Assembly (NCBI GenBank): GCA_030637025.1
Contig: DAOVVV010000014.1
Coordinates: 1 to 59,416, forward strand
Direction of reading: 5' to 3'
Source of the DNA: Clostridia bacterium
GTDB taxonomy: Bacteria > CBDUZB01 > JAGLHV01
Length of the DNA stretch: 59,416 nucleotides
Both the position numbers and the translations under genes were made by a program. The notes under the pieces are model-generated. The model searched no databases and was not told the origin of the DNA. It saw nothing but the letters and a program-made list of their open reading frames with translations. The first letter of the stretch is position 1, and every line of letters begins with the position of its first letter. This document shows, one piece after another, positions 57,306 to 59,416 of the stretch.

Positions 57306-57620
57306 GTAATGTCAAAAATATTCAATCTCGCCTCAGCGAAGCATGGGTAATTCTTTTATATTTGTATAATTGTAAACTATTTTTTGCTATTCGCAGTCCT
57401 TTGTCTTTTAACTTTGTCTTTATTTTTCTGGAGCAAAGCGACAGTCTCGCCGGTCAATAAGGCGGATACCTTGATGTCTTTGTGCTTGTATGTTGTTTTT
57501 ATCTGTAATCTTTAAACCAATTCAACCAATTAAACTGTCTTTTAACTGTCTTTATATCTTTTGTCTTTAACCAATTCAACCAATAAAACCAATTTAAACT
57601 AATTGAACCGTCTTTTATCT
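57306..57620. repeat. Mosaic repeat block (MITE left end, CTGGAGCAAAGCGAC, 8-mer and 9-mer modules)
   Basis: 57306-57353 resembles 34129-34176; 57514-57617 resembles the reverse complement of 44015-44118. Confidence 0.8.
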
Positions 57621-58316
57621 CTTCTTATTCTTCTTTGGGGAAAGAGACTTAATATGCCTGTTTTTTTTTGCTCGTATTTTACGCCAATGGAAAAACAAAA
57701 TCATCCCGATAATAATAACTACCACCGCACCGGGAGCTATCGTTCCCACTTTCCGGGCAAATCTAAAGATATAATCAAACCCAAAAGACCAGGAAAAAGC
57801 ACTTAATACCATTGAGAAAAATACTACCATTAATATCACCCGGGTACGCATACCAATAAGATAACCTATTATTGCTCCTACTAAAGAACCGGTCATAGTA
57901 AAAGGAACCCAAACAAATATACCCAAACCTAAAATTCCATATCTTTCTACTTTAGCCTGATTTCTTTCAGCCATTTTTCTGATAGATTTAAAAAAATTGC
58001 CTATAATCTTTATTTTTATTACTTTCTGATGATAATAGACAAATAAAGGATAAAAGATAAACAGCCAGATGGTATTAATCAAAATGGAAATAAAAGCAAC
58101 CAGCGTATGAGACATTCCCGCACCCAAACCCATACAAATACTTGCACCTCTACCTGCAAGAATATCCAGGGCAATCATGGGTAAAATCTTTTCCAGTAAT
58201 TTTATTCCAATTAATTGAAAAAAAGAAAAAAGGATAATTATTCCGACGAATAAAATACAGCCTACAAAAAAAATAAGTCCTTCTTTCGTTTTTAAAAAAC
58301 CAGACTTCCTTTCCAT
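57615..58316 (-). CDS. Small multi-drug export (COG2426-like) membrane protein
   Basis: AGRGASI, RYGILGLGIFVWVPFTMTGSLVG; SD GGAGG and promoter TTGACC-18 nt-TATACT (58372-58343) support start 58316. Confidence 0.8.
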   Translation of the reverse strand: MERKSGFLKTKEGLIFFVGCILFVGIIILFSFFQLIGIKLLEKILPMIALDILAGRGASICMGLGAGMSHTLVAFISILINTIWLFIFYPLFVYYHQKVIKIKIIGNFFKSIRKMAERNQAKVERYGILGLGIFVWVPFTMTGSLVGAIIGYLIGMRTRVILMVVFFSMVLSAFSWSFGFDYIFRFARKVGTIAPGAVVVIIIGMILFFHWRKIRAKKNRHIKSLSPKKNKKR

Positions 58317-58650
58317 AATTTTCCCTCCCTTTAAGACATTATAGTATATCAAATAATCCGGAAAAGGGTCAAGGTTTTAAAGTTCAAAGTAATGTCAACG
58401 AAAAAACAAAACCCTCTTATTCTAAAGTTGAATCCTGCATAAGCAAAATCTGTGGGATAAAAAAACGCAATAAGATAGTTAGTACTTTATTGCTTGGGGT
58501 AACTACAATCCCACTTTACAAGAATTTATAAAAAAAACACGAAATAAAATTAGTCAGTACTTTCGGCAGCGTGGTGAGTAGATTAATTACCCCAGGAAGA
58601 TTAGCAAAAAAAACCGGAAGAGGATTAAAGAGAGGGAAATAACTTTTTAT

Positions 58651-59415
58651 CTACGGTTGTTCTTCAGCAGTTATAGTTACAGTTATTGTTTGTTGTATAG
58701 TTAAACTCGTGCTTGTTGGTGCTTCAAATCTAAACCATAAATATCTATCTTGAGTGGGCGGCACATTATATCCTTTGACCCCCTCTCCTTCGTCATCTTT
58801 GCCAAAATCTCCTGTAGAACATAACCGCTGAATAGTTCCAATAGCATCGGAAAAACTTCCCCCAATATCAAAATGACTGCTTTGGGCCGTAGCAGTCTGA
58901 AAATTGCCACACATACGGAATTCTTCTGCCCCAGGGACAGTATCAGTCACACAGGCCCAACCTGCAGGGGCAGTAAGATGTAAAGAATATCGTTCATTTA
59001 CAGTGCCATTATTAGTGACGGTAATTGAACTATTTGCCGTAGTTGTACTTCCTTTAATTACCGCACCAAAATCATAAGAGGAAGAACCAATAAAGATACT
59101 TAAAGTGCTATCTTGCTTTGACACAGCATTGACCTTATTGGATAAATCAGACCAATTTGACATTTCATCGGCAGTTTTAATATAAAAATAATAAACAATT
59201 CCTTCTATTAAACTACCAATAGTTTTATTTTCACTATTTCCAGGGGATGTATCAGTTGACCATTGGATTTCATAAGGCATATCTTCCCATGTGTCAGTAG
59301 AGGTAGAAGAGTATTTAATGTGATATTGTCCATTGGTAATATCCCCTGTATTTCCATCATCTCCAGGGGCGGTCCAGGATAGGTCTATTTCCCCAGAGTT
59401 GGTTCCAGTTTGTGC
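58651..59415 (-). CDS. C-terminal part of an extracellular protein with a fibronectin-III-like domain; starts beyond the right edge
   Basis: Frame open to the window end: GEIDLSWTAPGDDG..YHIKYS..YYFYIKTADEMSNWSDLSN. Confidence 0.8.
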   Translation of the reverse strand, partial: AQTGTNSGEIDLSWTAPGDDGNTGDITNGQYHIKYSSTSTDTWEDMPYEIQWSTDTSPGNSENKTIGSLIEGIVYYFYIKTADEMSNWSDLSNKVNAVSKQDSTLSIFIGSSSYDFGAVIKGSTTTANSSITVTNNGTVNERYSLHLTAPAGWACVTDTVPGAEEFRMCGNFQTATAQSSHFDIGGSFSDAIGTIQRLCSTGDFGKDDEGEGVKGYNVPPTQDRYLWFRFEAPTSTSLTIQQTITVTITAEEQP

Positions 59416-59416
59416 A

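Noticed and set aside
58400-58650. Riboswitch or ncRNA in the intergenic region
   Set aside because: No recognisable aptamer consensus by eye; an Rfam search would be needed
2032-58910. Many short antisense or nested ORFs in the track (e.g. 4525, 8832, 28073, 41832, 43646, 53378)
   Set aside because: Shadows of well-supported genes on the other strand or frame

Overview
AT-rich bacterial chromosomal window, probably from a diderm anaerobe of a poorly characterised lineage (PVC/Elusimicrobia-like gene content; taxonomy is inference). Left half (about 1.2-28.9 kb, all minus strand) is a Wzx/Wzy-type exopolysaccharide locus with exosortase and EpsI, a split Wzc, a PorV-like barrel fused to a Wza-type export domain, PorV-like barrels and proteins with T9SS-like C-terminal domains. 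It is followed by lapA, maf, a PorV-TPR gene, a Ser/Thr-kinase-AAA-GAF-His-kinase with two receivers, tRNA-Ser(TGA), serS, an MBL hydrolase, a plus-strand type II PKS-like cluster (cyclase, non-catalytic KS, KS) with a sensor kinase and regulator, pckG, purC and membrane proteins. The most striking unexplained signal is non-coding. Two four-helix-bundle (IVS/Avd-like) genes are tied to families of short tandem-repeat modules (7, 8, 9 and 10-11 nt). One gene sits between inverted repeat arms that also occur twice as empty, gene-less copies. The modules build mosaic intergenic arrays, form a perfect 117-bp inverted repeat around 18.5 kb of the EPS locus, supply stop codons and invade coding sequence in frame. 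Nested palindromic REP/MITE elements and relic gene 3' ends point to heavy local recombination. No CRISPR, rRNA, transposase or reverse transcriptase was seen. All family calls come from motif recognition by eye, not database searches.
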